This document shows, piece by piece, positions 8,652-19,178 of a stretch of 64,000 nucleotides of DNA; the stretch's first letter is position 1; each line of letters opens with the position of its first letter. Source of the DNA: a virus; IMG/VR virus record IMGVR_UViG_3300043773_002340, positions 7,913-71,912 of that record; one strand, 5' to 3'. Below the pieces are notes generated by a model. The model was not told where the DNA came from. It saw only the letters and a program-made list of their open reading frames with translations, and did not search any database. The translations under genes were made by a program, and so were the position numbers.

Positions 8652-8816
8652 TCAGAATGTACCGCAGTTGATAATGCCGGGGATGTTGGCGGCATTCACT
8701 TCGATTTTTCCGTTTTCGGTGATGTAGAGGCCGTCGCCCATCTGCATCGGGCCGTTCTGAGTGTAAATCTCGTATTGAGCGAGAGATGGAGCTGGGGGAA
8801 CTGTAGGAACTGCCAT
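8652..8816 (-). CDS. 54-aa fibre-associated adaptor-like protein (paralog of 26734..26958)
   Basis: Below ORF-track cutoff. MAVPTVPPAPSLAQYEIYTQNGPMQMGDGLYITENGKIEVNAANIPGIINCGTF aligns with DIYTTTGPLPLENGLVVT...FDCGVF. Confidence 0.8.
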   Translation of the reverse strand: MAVPTVPPAPSLAQYEIYTQNGPMQMGDGLYITENGKIEVNAANIPGIINCGTF

Positions 8817-8821
8817 GATAA

Positions 8822-10474
8822 TTACTTGATGCGCATGATGAACTGAACGGCCATGTTGACGGGGACCGTCTCATCGGAACCGCCTTCGGTGGAGGTGTAG
8901 GGAAGGCTCGCCCAAACGTTTCCGCTGGAAGTCAGACCGCCGAGGAAGCCGGTTCCGGGGTTACCCGAGCCCAGGGTGTCAAACGAGTTCCTCCACTGCG
9001 ACTGAAGCGGAGTTCCGTTCACGTCCAGAAGTTTGTGATTGTGGCTACGGAACGCATCCACTTGGGTGCTACCGGGAAGACGCCCGGCTGTTCCAGCTTT
9101 GGTGCCATTCGATTCGTTCACAGTCCCGTTCTGGTCGCAACCACGCAGGAACAGACCGCGATAATCGGGGATCTTGAAAGTGGTGCCGCTGCTCGATCCG
9201 TAGGTGGTGCCGATCAGCGCGAAGAGTGTGGCATACGTGGTCCGGTCAAGGGATTGACCTTCGCAACGTGCCCAGTCACCGTAGGTCGGAAGAACACCGG
9301 TAGGCATCGTGAGAATCGCAGCCAGCGGAAGCAGCTGTGAAGCCAAGTTCGCACCATTGACGGTGGCGTCATTGGCGGAGGCCAGCTTGAACTTGCCTTG
9401 GACGTCCAGGGTTGTGCCAGCGGCAAAAGTGGTGGTCTTGAGGCCGGAGAAGCTGTTGTCGTCGGAGAAGTTGGCTGCTGCGGAGAACGTGGCAGGCTGT
9501 GTGAACGACGAGGCGGCTTGAACCACCATGCTGTCGCCACCAGCAGCAGTTCCCACGTTCAGGGACTGAGCGACGCTGAGGATGTTGGATGTGATTGCAC
9601 CAACGAAGCTCGAGGTGCTGGACACAGCCAGAGTGCCGAACGAGCCGGAAGCACCAGTCACAGCAGCAGTCGCTGTCACGGCACCTGTCACGATCACGCT
9701 TCCGTTGGAAGTCACGCCGGAGCAGGAAACAGAACCACCGGAGACGATGGCGCCCGTGGCGGTCAGAGTGTCGCCGAAAGTGACGGCTCCGTCCACATTG
9801 AGCTCGCCCTCAATCTGGGCGCCACCACCACTCAGAATCGACAGGGCATCTGCGTCAGCCAGGCCAGTGTCAATGATGACCTTGCCGCCGATGGGCCCGC
9901 CAGCTTGGTCGTACTTCTGAGTGTCGAGCTCTTGAATAGCCGACTGAACATTCGTGGAGGTGATGTCACCAGTTGGGACCACGGTCACATTCTGTGCCGG
10001 AATGGTCACGCTGCTCTGGTTGATCAGGCTCCAGCCGTTGCCAGTCGAGATGATCCAGTCACCCACTTCGGCATCGCCGGTGGGAGCGGGAGGAGTCATG
10101 GTGCCGCCGACTTGGACGAGCACGTAGACGTCGGTGTTGCCAGCAGCTGATGCAGGCAGGGGGTCGCCCGCTGTGAGACCTGCGGTGATGCCAGCGGCAG
10201 TGGTAGCTGTGACTTCGTTGATGATGGCGTCGTAGAGGCCGCCAAGGATGGCGGAACCGTTAACTGGGGAGGCGTTAAAGATCGCCTGCTGCCAACCTTG
10301 ACCGGTGATGATCGCCGGGCCAATCACATTACCCAGGGTGTCCAGGTAGTTGTTGCCGCCGTTTCCGAGATATACGTATCCATCAGAGAGGTTGTAAGCG
10401 ACCTGGCCGGGAAGAAGATCCCCGGGCAGATTGCCCGCGCTCAGACTGTGGAGGTTTTGAATAGTTGTTGCCAT
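8822..10474 (-). CDS. Tail fibre with Mtd_N-like N-terminus and tail-collar/T4 gp12-like tip
   Basis: LLPGQVAYNLSDGYVYLGNG; collar WARCEGQSLDRTTYATLFALIGTTYG...FKIPDYRGLFLRG; SHNH; ETVPVNMAVQFIMRIK. Confidence 0.9.
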   Translation of the reverse strand: MATTIQNLHSLSAGNLPGDLLPGQVAYNLSDGYVYLGNGGNNYLDTLGNVIGPAIITGQGWQQAIFNASPVNGSAILGGLYDAIINEVTATTAAGITAGLTAGDPLPASAAGNTDVYVLVQVGGTMTPPAPTGDAEVGDWIISTGNGWSLINQSSVTIPAQNVTVVPTGDITSTNVQSAIQELDTQKYDQAGGPIGGKVIIDTGLADADALSILSGGGAQIEGELNVDGAVTFGDTLTATGAIVSGGSVSCSGVTSNGSVIVTGAVTATAAVTGASGSFGTLAVSSTSSFVGAITSNILSVAQSLNVGTAAGGDSMVVQAASSFTQPATFSAAANFSDDNSFSGLKTTTFAAGTTLDVQGKFKLASANDATVNGANLASQLLPLAAILTMPTGVLPTYGDWARCEGQSLDRTTYATLFALIGTTYGSSSGTTFKIPDYRGLFLRGCDQNGTVNESNGTKAGTAGRLPGSTQVDAFRSHNHKLLDVNGTPLQSQWRNSFDTLGSGNPGTGFLGGLTSSGNVWASLPYTSTEGGSDETVPVNMAVQFIMRIK

Positions 10475-10532
10475 GCTTTCTAGATAGAAGACTGCTTCAA
10501 TTTGAAGTTTAAGTGGCTTGTTTGTAAAGTGG

Positions 10533-10540
10533 TTTTACCC
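10533..10540 (-). promoter_or_regulatory. GGGTAAAA motif (putative late promoter)
   Basis: Intergenic, 58 nt upstream of ATG 10474. Confidence 0.6.
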
Positions 10541-10548
10541 CGTGGATG

Positions 10549-12408
10549 TCAATACTCCTCAATCAGCATGGAGCAGTAGTTTGCTCTCATAGTCATCGCT
10601 CCGCTGATTTCTCGGAGGTTTAAGCCGAAATACTTGCCCTCCATGGCTGCAGTGACAGTGAAAACTCCGGTGCAGCTGGGGACTTCCGTTTCCCCGGTGT
10701 CTCTGTTGTTCGAGAACACGAGGTTTTGCAGAATTGGAAGGGGTGAAACCCAGTCATTACCACCCTGACCAGTGCTGTAAACTAACCCCCAGACTACGTA
10801 AGTAGAGCCGGAAGTAAAGTTATAACCTGCAAGATCTATCGTTGCCTTGTAGGTTCCTGGGCGAATCGTGAACCATGACTTCCCAAGGTTTTGAACGCCA
10901 AATACGAAAGCATCTCCTCTCTGCTCCACTACACTCCACTTCATGTTAGAGTACAGAGGATACCCGTCTGGGGTAGTGATGATTTGATCTTGCGTCAGAT
11001 AGACTTGCAAATAGCTCTTACTACGCCAAGTTGGGGGCGAGCCCGCCCCATTCGAGGTGAGTGCTTGACCGTAGGTTCCCTTGTTGTAGTTACTGAATGA
11101 CAGACCGCCAGTCAGAGTATCAAGGGACAAAAAGTGACTGTTGGTGCCGAAAATGGCGATGTTGTTTTGATCTTCTTTCCCGTTATGGGTGCCAATGACT
11201 ATCTGGTTATTCTCCACAGTTAACACAGTTCCGGCGCCGTGGCCGACGATCACATTGCCGCTTCCTCCAGTGATGTTTTGCCCAGCGTTACCACCAACGA
11301 TCACGTTGTTTAAGGCGGCTCCATTGAAGTTTCTCCCCGCCTGATTACCCACAACAACGTTGCTTTGCGTGGTGGACCCGCCTCCGCTAAGTTGGCCCCC
11401 AGCCAGGTACCCAATGAATACTCCGTTCCCGTTACTTGCGTTGGAGAGGCCCACCGCAGTGGTTTTCACGTTTGTTGTAGTTGAGTTGGATGTCCAGGCA
11501 GTATCAAAGTTAGACGAGCTCGTCTTTGTCAGAATCTGACCAGCAAGGCCACCCAAAGGAACCCCAACCCCATTGGTGCCATTTATACCGGCGGGAATAG
11601 TGAAGTTCAGGACCGCATTCTGAACCGTCCCCGCATTTACAACTGAAGCCGATGTCCCAGGAAACCCTGTAGTTGTGGTACCAACTGATACTGTTGCCGG
11701 ATCACCATCGGCACCGGCGGGACCAGGGTCACCGTCAGAACCTCTCGGTCCTTGAGCGCCGTTGGCACCTGCAGGACCCGTTGCTCCTGTCGCACCTGGG
11801 GCTCCTGCAGCTCCTGTAGGACCCGAAGGACCTTGAGGACCTTGAGGGCCTCTCAGTTGGCCAAAATCCTCCCAGCCAGTTAAAGTGTAAATCCAGAGGT
11901 CTCCCGTGTCAAGAGTCTGGTAAGCGTACCCTATGGTGCTGGGAGTGGGCAGATTGGCAGCAGTGGGGACAGTTCCTTGAATGTAAATCCCAGTTCCTGG
12001 TGGGCCCTCTGGCCCTATGGGCCCCTCAGGCCCTCTAGATCCAGCTGCGCCGGTATCTCCCTTAGAGCCGGCTGGTCCTTGTGGTCCAGCAGAACCTTGA
12101 ATGCCTGGTGGCCCTTGATCACCGGGAGCACCGTCTTGGCCATCTTGACCCTGTGGGCCGTCCGGTCCTTGAGGCCCAGTCGGGCCCGGGGGCCCAGGAG
12201 TTCCTCCTCCGATACCAAACGTGCCAAACCCCATTCCCGGAGGTGGGTCGGGCAGAATTACATTCCCCTCAGCATCTTTCCTGGTGTTACTCCCATCGCC
12301 AATAAACTGGTAGTTATCAGCCAAGTTGAAAGCAATTTCACCCGGAAGTAAAGAATTAGGAAGCTCAAAGGGGACTTCACTGCGAAAGTTCTGAATGTGA
12401 AGGGTCAT
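10549..12408 (-). CDS. Collagen-like tail fibre (paralog of 19179..21005)
   Basis: Mtd_N-like head, two Gly-X-Y tracts, NVVVG.QAG beta-roll repeats, beta-rich C-terminal tip. Confidence 0.9.
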   Translation of the reverse strand: MTLHIQNFRSEVPFELPNSLLPGEIAFNLADNYQFIGDGSNTRKDAEGNVILPDPPPGMGFGTFGIGGGTPGPPGPTGPQGPDGPQGQDGQDGAPGDQGPPGIQGSAGPQGPAGSKGDTGAAGSRGPEGPIGPEGPPGTGIYIQGTVPTAANLPTPSTIGYAYQTLDTGDLWIYTLTGWEDFGQLRGPQGPQGPSGPTGAAGAPGATGATGPAGANGAQGPRGSDGDPGPAGADGDPATVSVGTTTTGFPGTSASVVNAGTVQNAVLNFTIPAGINGTNGVGVPLGGLAGQILTKTSSSNFDTAWTSNSTTTNVKTTAVGLSNASNGNGVFIGYLAGGQLSGGGSTTQSNVVVGNQAGRNFNGAALNNVIVGGNAGQNITGGSGNVIVGHGAGTVLTVENNQIVIGTHNGKEDQNNIAIFGTNSHFLSLDTLTGGLSFSNYNKGTYGQALTSNGAGSPPTWRSKSYLQVYLTQDQIITTPDGYPLYSNMKWSVVEQRGDAFVFGVQNLGKSWFTIRPGTYKATIDLAGYNFTSGSTYVVWGLVYSTGQGGNDWVSPLPILQNLVFSNNRDTGETEVPSCTGVFTVTAAMEGKYFGLNLREISGAMTMRANYCSMLIEEY

Positions 12409-12499
12409 TAGTTAGGCCAGTAAACAGAAACTACCACAATTAAAATTCCTTCCGCGAAATTAAAGCTGGGTTTTTGTAAAGTGGACCCCAATAGGGGGT

Positions 12500-12507
12500 T
12501 TTTACCC
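12500..12507 (-). promoter_or_regulatory. GGGTAAAA motif (putative late promoter)
   Basis: Just after the stop of 12511..13839. Confidence 0.6.
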
Positions 12508-12510
12508 TGG

Positions 12511-13839
12511 TCACAATTGCACAATTTCTGTTACCAGACCGTACTTGATTGTGATGCGTTTGTTGTCAGCGGAGACAAATACGGCCCGAGGGCCGTCATT
12601 GAACCAGCGAGTTGGGCCGTTGCCCCGCCCGCCGCTTGTGGGGTCTTGAATGAGCGGGGCGCCTGGATCACCAAAATTGTTGGGGCCGAAGGACACAGCA
12701 CCCATCTTATTGATGCGCATTATGATATTCGAGGAACCCACAATAAACTCCGAATCGAGATCGCCCAAATTGCGAACATAAAATGGATCTAACGACCCCA
12801 GAAAGACGCAGTTTGAGATTGTCTGGGCCAAAGGGGAGCCAGTGTCAGTGGAGAGACATCCGGGTCCAATCAAAACGTTGTTGATTGATGCATTCAGCGC
12901 TTTGCCAGTGTCTCTGCCAATAAATATGCTATTGGTGATCACTCCTGTGGAGCTGAGATTCGGACGAGCCTCCTTGCCGATCATTATATTTCCGTTGGAC
13001 CCACTTTTTGTGCCTTGCCCCGCGGCCGACCCTATACAAATGTTGTCCGAGCAGCCATTCACGCCAATCATGGCATTGCCGCCTATCGCGATGTTGTTTG
13101 ATCCTGTGGTGTTGTCAAGAAGGGCGCTAAAGCCCATCGCAATGTTGTACTGCCCGGTGGTGTTTGCGGCAAGGGCATTGTAGCCTACGGCTGTGTTGCC
13201 CACTCCCTGGTTTTTCATCAGCGTGTTCGCGCCGACGGCGGTGCAAAGTGAGAGATTGGTGGCCTGAGACATGCTCAGATCGCCGACGGCGACGGCGAAG
13301 TCACCAAGAGTTGGTGAAGCGGTCGCCGAACCGAGAGTCTGATAGCCGATTCCCACACAATTGTTACTCGTCGTGAGAGTGCTCCCCGCATTTGAGCCGA
13401 GAAGGGTGTTGAACCCGCCAGTTGTGAGACTTTTTCCTGAGTCGAAGCCAACAGACGTGTTGTCCGTGCCCGTGGGCAGGGTCGGAATCGTGACGCCGAT
13501 GTAGGATGTGCGAGTGGCAAAATTTGTCAGACCCTCGATGGGATTGCCCCAAGAGAGCGACCAACCCGAACCGGTATAAACTTTCAGTTGTGTCTTAAGT
13601 GGGTCGCTTGTGTCTATCCAAAACTCACCCGGACTGTTTCCAGGTGAGCCCGCTGGGTTGGAGTTTGGGGCGGTCACGCCCACATACGGAGGCGCGGCGA
13701 CCACAAGTGAACCATTGGCGTTCTTGAAGAACAGTCCCGGACTTTCCTCTGAGTAATTCATGAGGACCTCACCAGCTACCATCGTTGCGGGGTCCGGGCG
13801 CTTATTCGGGGTGCTTGACCGTTTGAAAAGGTAGTTCAT
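12511..13839 (-). CDS. Tail fibre/adhesin with YadA-like 14-aa beta-roll repeats
   Basis: KRSSTPNKRP...GEVLMNY...LFFKN head; NTAVGYNALAANTTGQYNIAMG repeats. Confidence 0.85.
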   Translation of the reverse strand: MNYLFKRSSTPNKRPDPATMVAGEVLMNYSEESPGLFFKNANGSLVVAAPPYVGVTAPNSNPAGSPGNSPGEFWIDTSDPLKTQLKVYTGSGWSLSWGNPIEGLTNFATRTSYIGVTIPTLPTGTDNTSVGFDSGKSLTTGGFNTLLGSNAGSTLTTSNNCVGIGYQTLGSATASPTLGDFAVAVGDLSMSQATNLSLCTAVGANTLMKNQGVGNTAVGYNALAANTTGQYNIAMGFSALLDNTTGSNNIAIGGNAMIGVNGCSDNICIGSAAGQGTKSGSNGNIMIGKEARPNLSSTGVITNSIFIGRDTGKALNASINNVLIGPGCLSTDTGSPLAQTISNCVFLGSLDPFYVRNLGDLDSEFIVGSSNIIMRINKMGAVSFGPNNFGDPGAPLIQDPTSGGRGNGPTRWFNDGPRAVFVSADNKRITIKYGLVTEIVQL

Positions 13840-15260
13840 GCGATAGATGTGATGAGACCGTTTTTGACTGTGTAAATTTTGCCCGAGTCATCCTTAAATG
13901 AGCCGCTTGCCGCAGTGTAACCAGAGGCGGATACTGCGTCTCCAAACACGAACTGTTTTGAAGTTCCATTTGAGACGTATGGCCCAAAAGAACCCCTTGA
14001 TCCCAATGGAGATTCCCAAGAGGTGCTCCAGCTGTCTGGATTTCCAGCCGAGGTTCGGGCCTGGATCTCGAAAAACTGATATTCTCTATTTCCAGGCCTG
14101 TAGAAAGAGGTGAACTCAGTAGTTCCTGACTTAATCACAGCATAGTTAGCAAGTGCAAAGGCACCACCGGCTGAGTCTAAATATGCCATTTGATTTGGAG
14201 TAGCCGCGATGGATGTGCAATTTATCGTGTTCCACGTCACCCCAACATTATCAATTTTTGTTGGCGCTGGGCCTATGAGGGTGGAGTTGTAAAGGAAATT
14301 TTTGCTGTCTGGGGTAGAATTACCAACATTGTTTCCAATGCACACTGAGTTGCTAATTGAAAAACCCGTAGTCGTACTTGCGAACTCCACTTGATAACTG
14401 CCGCTTCCGAGAAACACTGAGGTCCCCCAAACACCGTTGTCGCTGTTCGGAGGTCCATCAGACGACGCCCAAAAAGATTTCGCCCCAACTACTGTGAATT
14501 GTGCTTTGGCTCCGGAAGCTCCGGACTTAACTTTGCCCAAAAGACCCAATCCACTTTTGTATCCAACCACCGTAGCCTCTGACGCCGCCGATTTGTACTT
14601 CGGAGGAGGTGATGACATTCCCATCGCCTCCGCCCCGAGGGCCACATTCGAGGAGTTTGGATACGAGTATTCACCGGTTTGAGCTTGAGAAAACAAGCCC
14701 GACATCGAATTGTAACCAATGGAAATGTTCATATCGACGGGAAGAGCCCCGGCCACGATCGGATTCGCCTGCGCTGAGGAACCGACTGAGACCGTCCTCT
14801 TTCCAGCGGCTCCACTGTTGGCTCCGAGTGACAAAGTGTCTCCCACCAGTGAAGAGCTTGGCGTGGCGAATGTCTGAGGGTTGGAATCAGGCCCGATCAG
14901 GAGAATCTTGTTTGAGTTCTGTTGAAATGACCCGGCCAAGATGTCCGAACTGGGAGTGGGAGACGTTTTTCCCGGCTCTTGAAAGAAAAGGCCCGGACCG
15001 ATGCTTCGGCTTGTCGAGAACATGAACTCACTCGACTTGATGGATGTGTCCCGAGGGGCGGGGAACACGAGGCCATTCGTGATGAGTGAGGGCCCGAAAA
15101 CTGCCGTGGAAATGGAGGGTGACGGGGCGTCATTGACAGTCTGAAGGGCCATCGCTGGCCTGATCGTGTTCAGGATGAGTTGCCCCAGGCGAGCCGGTGT
15201 TGTGGGTGGGAGAGCGCTGCCTCCTGTCTGGCCCTGTCGAAGAAATTGGATTTTGGTCAT
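13836..15260 (-). CDS. Tail fibre/adhesin with degenerate beta-roll repeats
   Basis: MTKIQFLR...GQLILN head; NISIGYNSM and NVALGAEAM repeats; ends YTVKNGLITSIA. Confidence 0.8.
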   Translation of the reverse strand: MTKIQFLRQGQTGGSALPPTTPARLGQLILNTIRPAMALQTVNDAPSPSISTAVFGPSLITNGLVFPAPRDTSIKSSEFMFSTSRSIGPGLFFQEPGKTSPTPSSDILAGSFQQNSNKILLIGPDSNPQTFATPSSSLVGDTLSLGANSGAAGKRTVSVGSSAQANPIVAGALPVDMNISIGYNSMSGLFSQAQTGEYSYPNSSNVALGAEAMGMSSPPPKYKSAASEATVVGYKSGLGLLGKVKSGASGAKAQFTVVGAKSFWASSDGPPNSDNGVWGTSVFLGSGSYQVEFASTTTGFSISNSVCIGNNVGNSTPDSKNFLYNSTLIGPAPTKIDNVGVTWNTINCTSIAATPNQMAYLDSAGGAFALANYAVIKSGTTEFTSFYRPGNREYQFFEIQARTSAGNPDSWSTSWESPLGSRGSFGPYVSNGTSKQFVFGDAVSASGYTAASGSFKDDSGKIYTVKNGLITSIA

Positions 15261-18200
15261 CAGTAGGTTCCGGCGTCGAGATCAGTCACCCATGCGGGCA
15301 CTCCAGTGTTTGACATTTGAAGGACTTGTCCACTTGTCCCGGCCGAGAGACGTGCGGGCACACCGGCAGCGCCTCCATAGATCATATCCCCCTTACTTTG
15401 AATGACGGACGTCTGAACAAACTTGGTCGAGTTCACACCGATGGTCCCTGTTCCCGTGATGGGACTCGGGGTCATCAGGATAGTGTCGTCGGCGGGAGTC
15501 AGACTGATTGGGCTGCCCGGGCTTGATGGGTTGGCCCACACTGGAGTTCCACTGGCACTGACTGTCAGAACCTGACCGTTGTTGCCAATGTTCAGGGCCG
15601 AGAAAGTGCCCGCGCCAGTTCCATAGAGCAACTGACCGGTGAGAGCAAACGAGCTCTTGGGGATGTATTGAGTGAGCGCAGTGGTGTTAATGTCGAAGCC
15701 TATCACAGGAGCTCTTGCCGATCCTGAGTTGATGATCGGGGCAGTTACCTGGACACTCGAGACAAAGTGATCCGCAGCATTCTTCCAAGCCGGTTTCCAA
15801 GCCTTGTCAGAAGTGAGAGGGAAACTCTGGAAGTCGCCACTCAAAAAGTAGAGTCTGTCAGTGTTGAGCGGAGGCGGGTTAAGATTGGTTGTGTAGTTGG
15901 TGTCACCTAAGGTTGTTCCAGAGGGATATCCATAGGCAATTTGGCCTGCCGAGATAGTTGCGGCATTATTATTCCAATTTAGTAACCGCTGTTCTTGGTA
16001 CGGAGTCGAAATCTCAAAGACGAATTCATTTGCGTATTGTGTCGGGGCGAGAGACTTACGGAACGTGATGCTGGGACTATTTTGAAATCCGCCAACGTTC
16101 GGGTCTCCCCAACTAACAAATGTCGCGGCAGCAGTAGTCCACCCTTGGAGAACCGCTTTATTGCCCGATGTGTTGTTTACTGGAATTCTTCCAGTCCAGT
16201 CGTGGCCGGTGGTGTCAGTGTAGAGCATGCTGCCGGGAGGCCGCCCGTCGTAATCCGGATAGCGAACAACAATGTTGTTGTCAATGGCGAGGGTGCCAGA
16301 GGTCGTGATTGTGCCGCCGATCAGACCGGAGCCGGCTGTGACGCTGGTCACGGTACCAGATCCACCGCCACCACCACCAGTCGAGGCGATGGTGAAGTTT
16401 CCACTTCCGGGAGTCGTCTCAGTGATCGTGACGTTGGCACCGGCCGTGAGACCCAGAACGCCGGTGTTCTTGATGGTGAAGTTGCCGGAGTTGTTCGTCA
16501 GATCGATGCCCGCACCGGCCGTCAGACCAGCAACGGTCGCGGAGATGCTGCGAGTGTTGCCAGTTCCTGCGACCGCGATGCCGCTGTTTCCAGCGGTCAC
16601 GTTGGTCAACACATTCGTGCCAATGTCAAGCGTGACGGCTCCCGCCGCCGAACTCGCCGTGATGTTTCCAGTTGTTCCGGTGATTGAAGTGACACCCGTG
16701 TTTTGAACGACGACCGCGCCAGACGTAGGGGACACACTGATTCCAGCTCCCTGACCAGAGACGGAGAGGACCGAGCTCGCGGCTTGAGTGTTGACGATCG
16801 TGAACTTGCCAGGGCCATTGGGATCCACACGGATGCCAGTTCCGCCTGCGACCTCTAGAACACCGGTGTTTGCCAAAGTGACGACGGGACCGGTGCCGGA
16901 TGTCACAGAGATGCCGGAGCCAGCGGCAGAAGTGATCTGAGTGATTGAGCCACCACCACCACCTCCAGCCGCGGAGATTGTCACCTCGCCCACGCCAGAA
17001 GTTGGGGAGAGGGAGATGTTCGAACCGGCGACCAGCTTCGTGACGCCAGTGCCACCATTCACCGAGAGACTCGCGACACCATTGGTCACGGTGACGTCAA
17101 GAGTTCCCGGGGTCGCGGAAACGACATTCAGAATGCCGGAGTTGGCGATCGTGGGAGACGGACCGCTCGGGTTTGTGATCGTGATGCCTGTTCCCTGGGT
17201 GAGTGACGTGATTCCGCCACCGCCACCGCCAGTCGCATTCACTTTCCATACGCCACCACCGACATTCTCCACAGTGGTGTTGGTGCCGTTCTGAAGTTGG
17301 ACGACTCCGGTGTTGGTCACCGTGCGAGAGTTGCCCGTGCCAGAGACGGTGATGCCGGTCCCCTGTTGTAGGTCGCTCAAAACATTGGGAGCGGACAATG
17401 TGATATTTCCGCCCGCGTTTGCGGCAACGATTGGAGAATTTGCCGCCACGCTCAGCACACCCTCATTGCTGATGGTGAGAGTCGTTCCAGCGATGTCAGT
17501 CGAAATGCCGGGACCGTCGTTGACGTCAGTGATTGGAGCGTTGATAGGAGCGATCCATCGCGGCGCCGCTCCCGAACCCTGCGATGTCAGGACTTGACCG
17601 GCCTGACCGAATTGAGTGTCACCAGAGATGCTCCACGCACCAGCAGAGTTTGAGAAGAAGCGAACTGAGCCGGCGCCAGTCGACAGCGCGACTGAGTTCG
17701 ACATTCCTGACGTGCCCTGGTAGGCTCCCACCACCGTGTTGTTCGCACCTGCTCCAATGTTTGTGCCGGCATTCAAGCCAAGAAGCACGTTGTTGGTGCC
17801 GGTGATGCCAGTCCCACTGCCATATCCGTAGAATGCACCGGTGTTGCCGGTCGCACCATAGACCAGTCCAAAGGTGGTCGGAGTGGCTGGAGACGCGGAC
17901 GGGATAGAAGCCCAATTGACGGCGCCGGCCTGAGACACTTGGAGAACCTGGCCGGCTGTCCCCACTGGGAGTTGAGCAGGTCCGCTGGACGAACCAATGA
18001 GGAGTGTGCCATTGGTGTTATAGAGAGAGGTCGCAACCACCTTGGTGAAGTCAACCTCGAGACCACCAGAAGTGATGATGGGGTTGGTGCCGCCACCAGA
18101 AACGAGCAGACCGTTGTTCGCCTGAATGGCTGTCACTCCACCGCCACCGCCACCACCGCCAGAAGCGCTGATGGTCACCACGCCGGTTCCACCAGAAGGG

Positions 18201-19138
18201 CTGATGGTGACGTTGCTGCCTGCGACGATGCGTGTCACGCCCGCGTCGGAGGCCGCGCTCCATGTAGGCGGAGCACCATCTCCCTGACTCGTCAGGATGT
18301 AGCCAGCCTGACCAAAGTTCGTGCCGTCAGTTGACCAAGCACCAGCCTGATTGGCGAGGAACTTGAGATCGCCGAGACCGTCCGAAATGGCGACATTGCC
18401 ATTCCAATCACTTCCACCGGGATAGGCGCCAATGATGACGTTCCCGTCTCCACCGCGCACCCCTGAGCCAGCCTCACGGCCAAGAAAAATGTTGCTATCA
18501 CCCTCTGTCAGGTTGTAGCCCGACTTGAAACCGATGGCAATGTTCCCCGAGGCCTGACCACCGGGATCATTTCCAAGGGCCTCTGAGCCAATGATGACGT
18601 TCTCCCCACCGTCAATGTTCCAGCCCGCTTGATGTCCAATGACGACGTTGTCGCTGACATCATTCTGGTTGAGACCGGCTTGGAAACCGATGACGACGTT
18701 GCGAAGACCAGAGCCGATGCTATTTCCGGCTTGATAGCCGAGAAACGTGCTTGAGTTACCACCAAGGGAGGTCGTTGTCAGGCCGAAGACCACACCCACA
18801 TCGGTGGGAGTGGCGGAGTCGAAGTTGTCGACCCAACCCGTGACGTAGTCTCCGTCAGTCAGTTTAGAGAGGACTTGGCCGGTCAAGCCGCCTTCGGGAA
18901 CTCCCGGACCCGGGGGTCCCGGTTGGTCACCACCGCCTGTGACGAATGTTTTCCAGCCCAGTCCCGGTGGAGGAAGATCGGGTAGAGGATCGCCATAGAC
19001 ATCGTAGTTGACGTCCCCACCGTAACCAACAAATTGGAGGTTGTCAGCGACGTTAAAGGCGATCTCGCCGGGAAGAAGACCGTTGGGCGGAACATTTCCC
19101 GAAGTAAGACTATGAAGGAGTTGGAGCTTTGTCGTCAT
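15260..19138 (-). CDS. Long tail fibre (1292 aa)
   Basis: Mtd_N-like head [12 protein letters not shown]; beta-roll; many GVTxLxAGxNITI shaft repeats; GQVL...W repeats; ends LDAGTY. Confidence 0.9.
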   Translation of the reverse strand: MTTKLQLLHSLTSGNVPPNGLLPGEIAFNVADNLQFVGYGGDVNYDVYGDPLPDLPPPGLGWKTFVTGGGDQPGPPGPGVPEGGLTGQVLSKLTDGDYVTGWVDNFDSATPTDVGVVFGLTTTSLGGNSSTFLGYQAGNSIGSGLRNVVIGFQAGLNQNDVSDNVVIGHQAGWNIDGGENVIIGSEALGNDPGGQASGNIAIGFKSGYNLTEGDSNIFLGREAGSGVRGGDGNVIIGAYPGGSDWNGNVAISDGLGDLKFLANQAGAWSTDGTNFGQAGYILTSQGDGAPPTWSAASDAGVTRIVAGSNVTISPSGGTGVVTISASGGGGGGGGVTAIQANNGLLVSGGGTNPIITSGGLEVDFTKVVATSLYNTNGTLLIGSSSGPAQLPVGTAGQVLQVSQAGAVNWASIPSASPATPTTFGLVYGATGNTGAFYGYGSGTGITGTNNVLLGLNAGTNIGAGANNTVVGAYQGTSGMSNSVALSTGAGSVRFFSNSAGAWSISGDTQFGQAGQVLTSQGSGAAPRWIAPINAPITDVNDGPGISTDIAGTTLTISNEGVLSVAANSPIVAANAGGNITLSAPNVLSDLQQGTGITVSGTGNSRTVTNTGVVQLQNGTNTTVENVGGGVWKVNATGGGGGGITSLTQGTGITITNPSGPSPTIANSGILNVVSATPGTLDVTVTNGVASLSVNGGTGVTKLVAGSNISLSPTSGVGEVTISAAGGGGGGSITQITSAAGSGISVTSGTGPVVTLANTGVLEVAGGTGIRVDPNGPGKFTIVNTQAASSVLSVSGQGAGISVSPTSGAVVVQNTGVTSITGTTGNITASSAAGAVTLDIGTNVLTNVTAGNSGIAVAGTGNTRSISATVAGLTAGAGIDLTNNSGNFTIKNTGVLGLTAGANVTITETTPGSGNFTIASTGGGGGGSGTVTSVTAGSGLIGGTITTSGTLAIDNNIVVRYPDYDGRPPGSMLYTDTTGHDWTGRIPVNNTSGNKAVLQGWTTAAATFVSWGDPNVGGFQNSPSITFRKSLAPTQYANEFVFEISTPYQEQRLLNWNNNAATISAGQIAYGYPSGTTLGDTNYTTNLNPPPLNTDRLYFLSGDFQSFPLTSDKAWKPAWKNAADHFVSSVQVTAPIINSGSARAPVIGFDINTTALTQYIPKSSFALTGQLLYGTGAGTFSALNIGNNGQVLTVSASGTPVWANPSSPGSPISLTPADDTILMTPSPITGTGTIGVNSTKFVQTSVIQSKGDMIYGGAAGVPARLSAGTSGQVLQMSNTGVPAWVTDLDAGTY

Positions 19139-19178
19139 CTATCGATCCTGACTTGCGGGGGATGGGTGTTAAAGGTTG

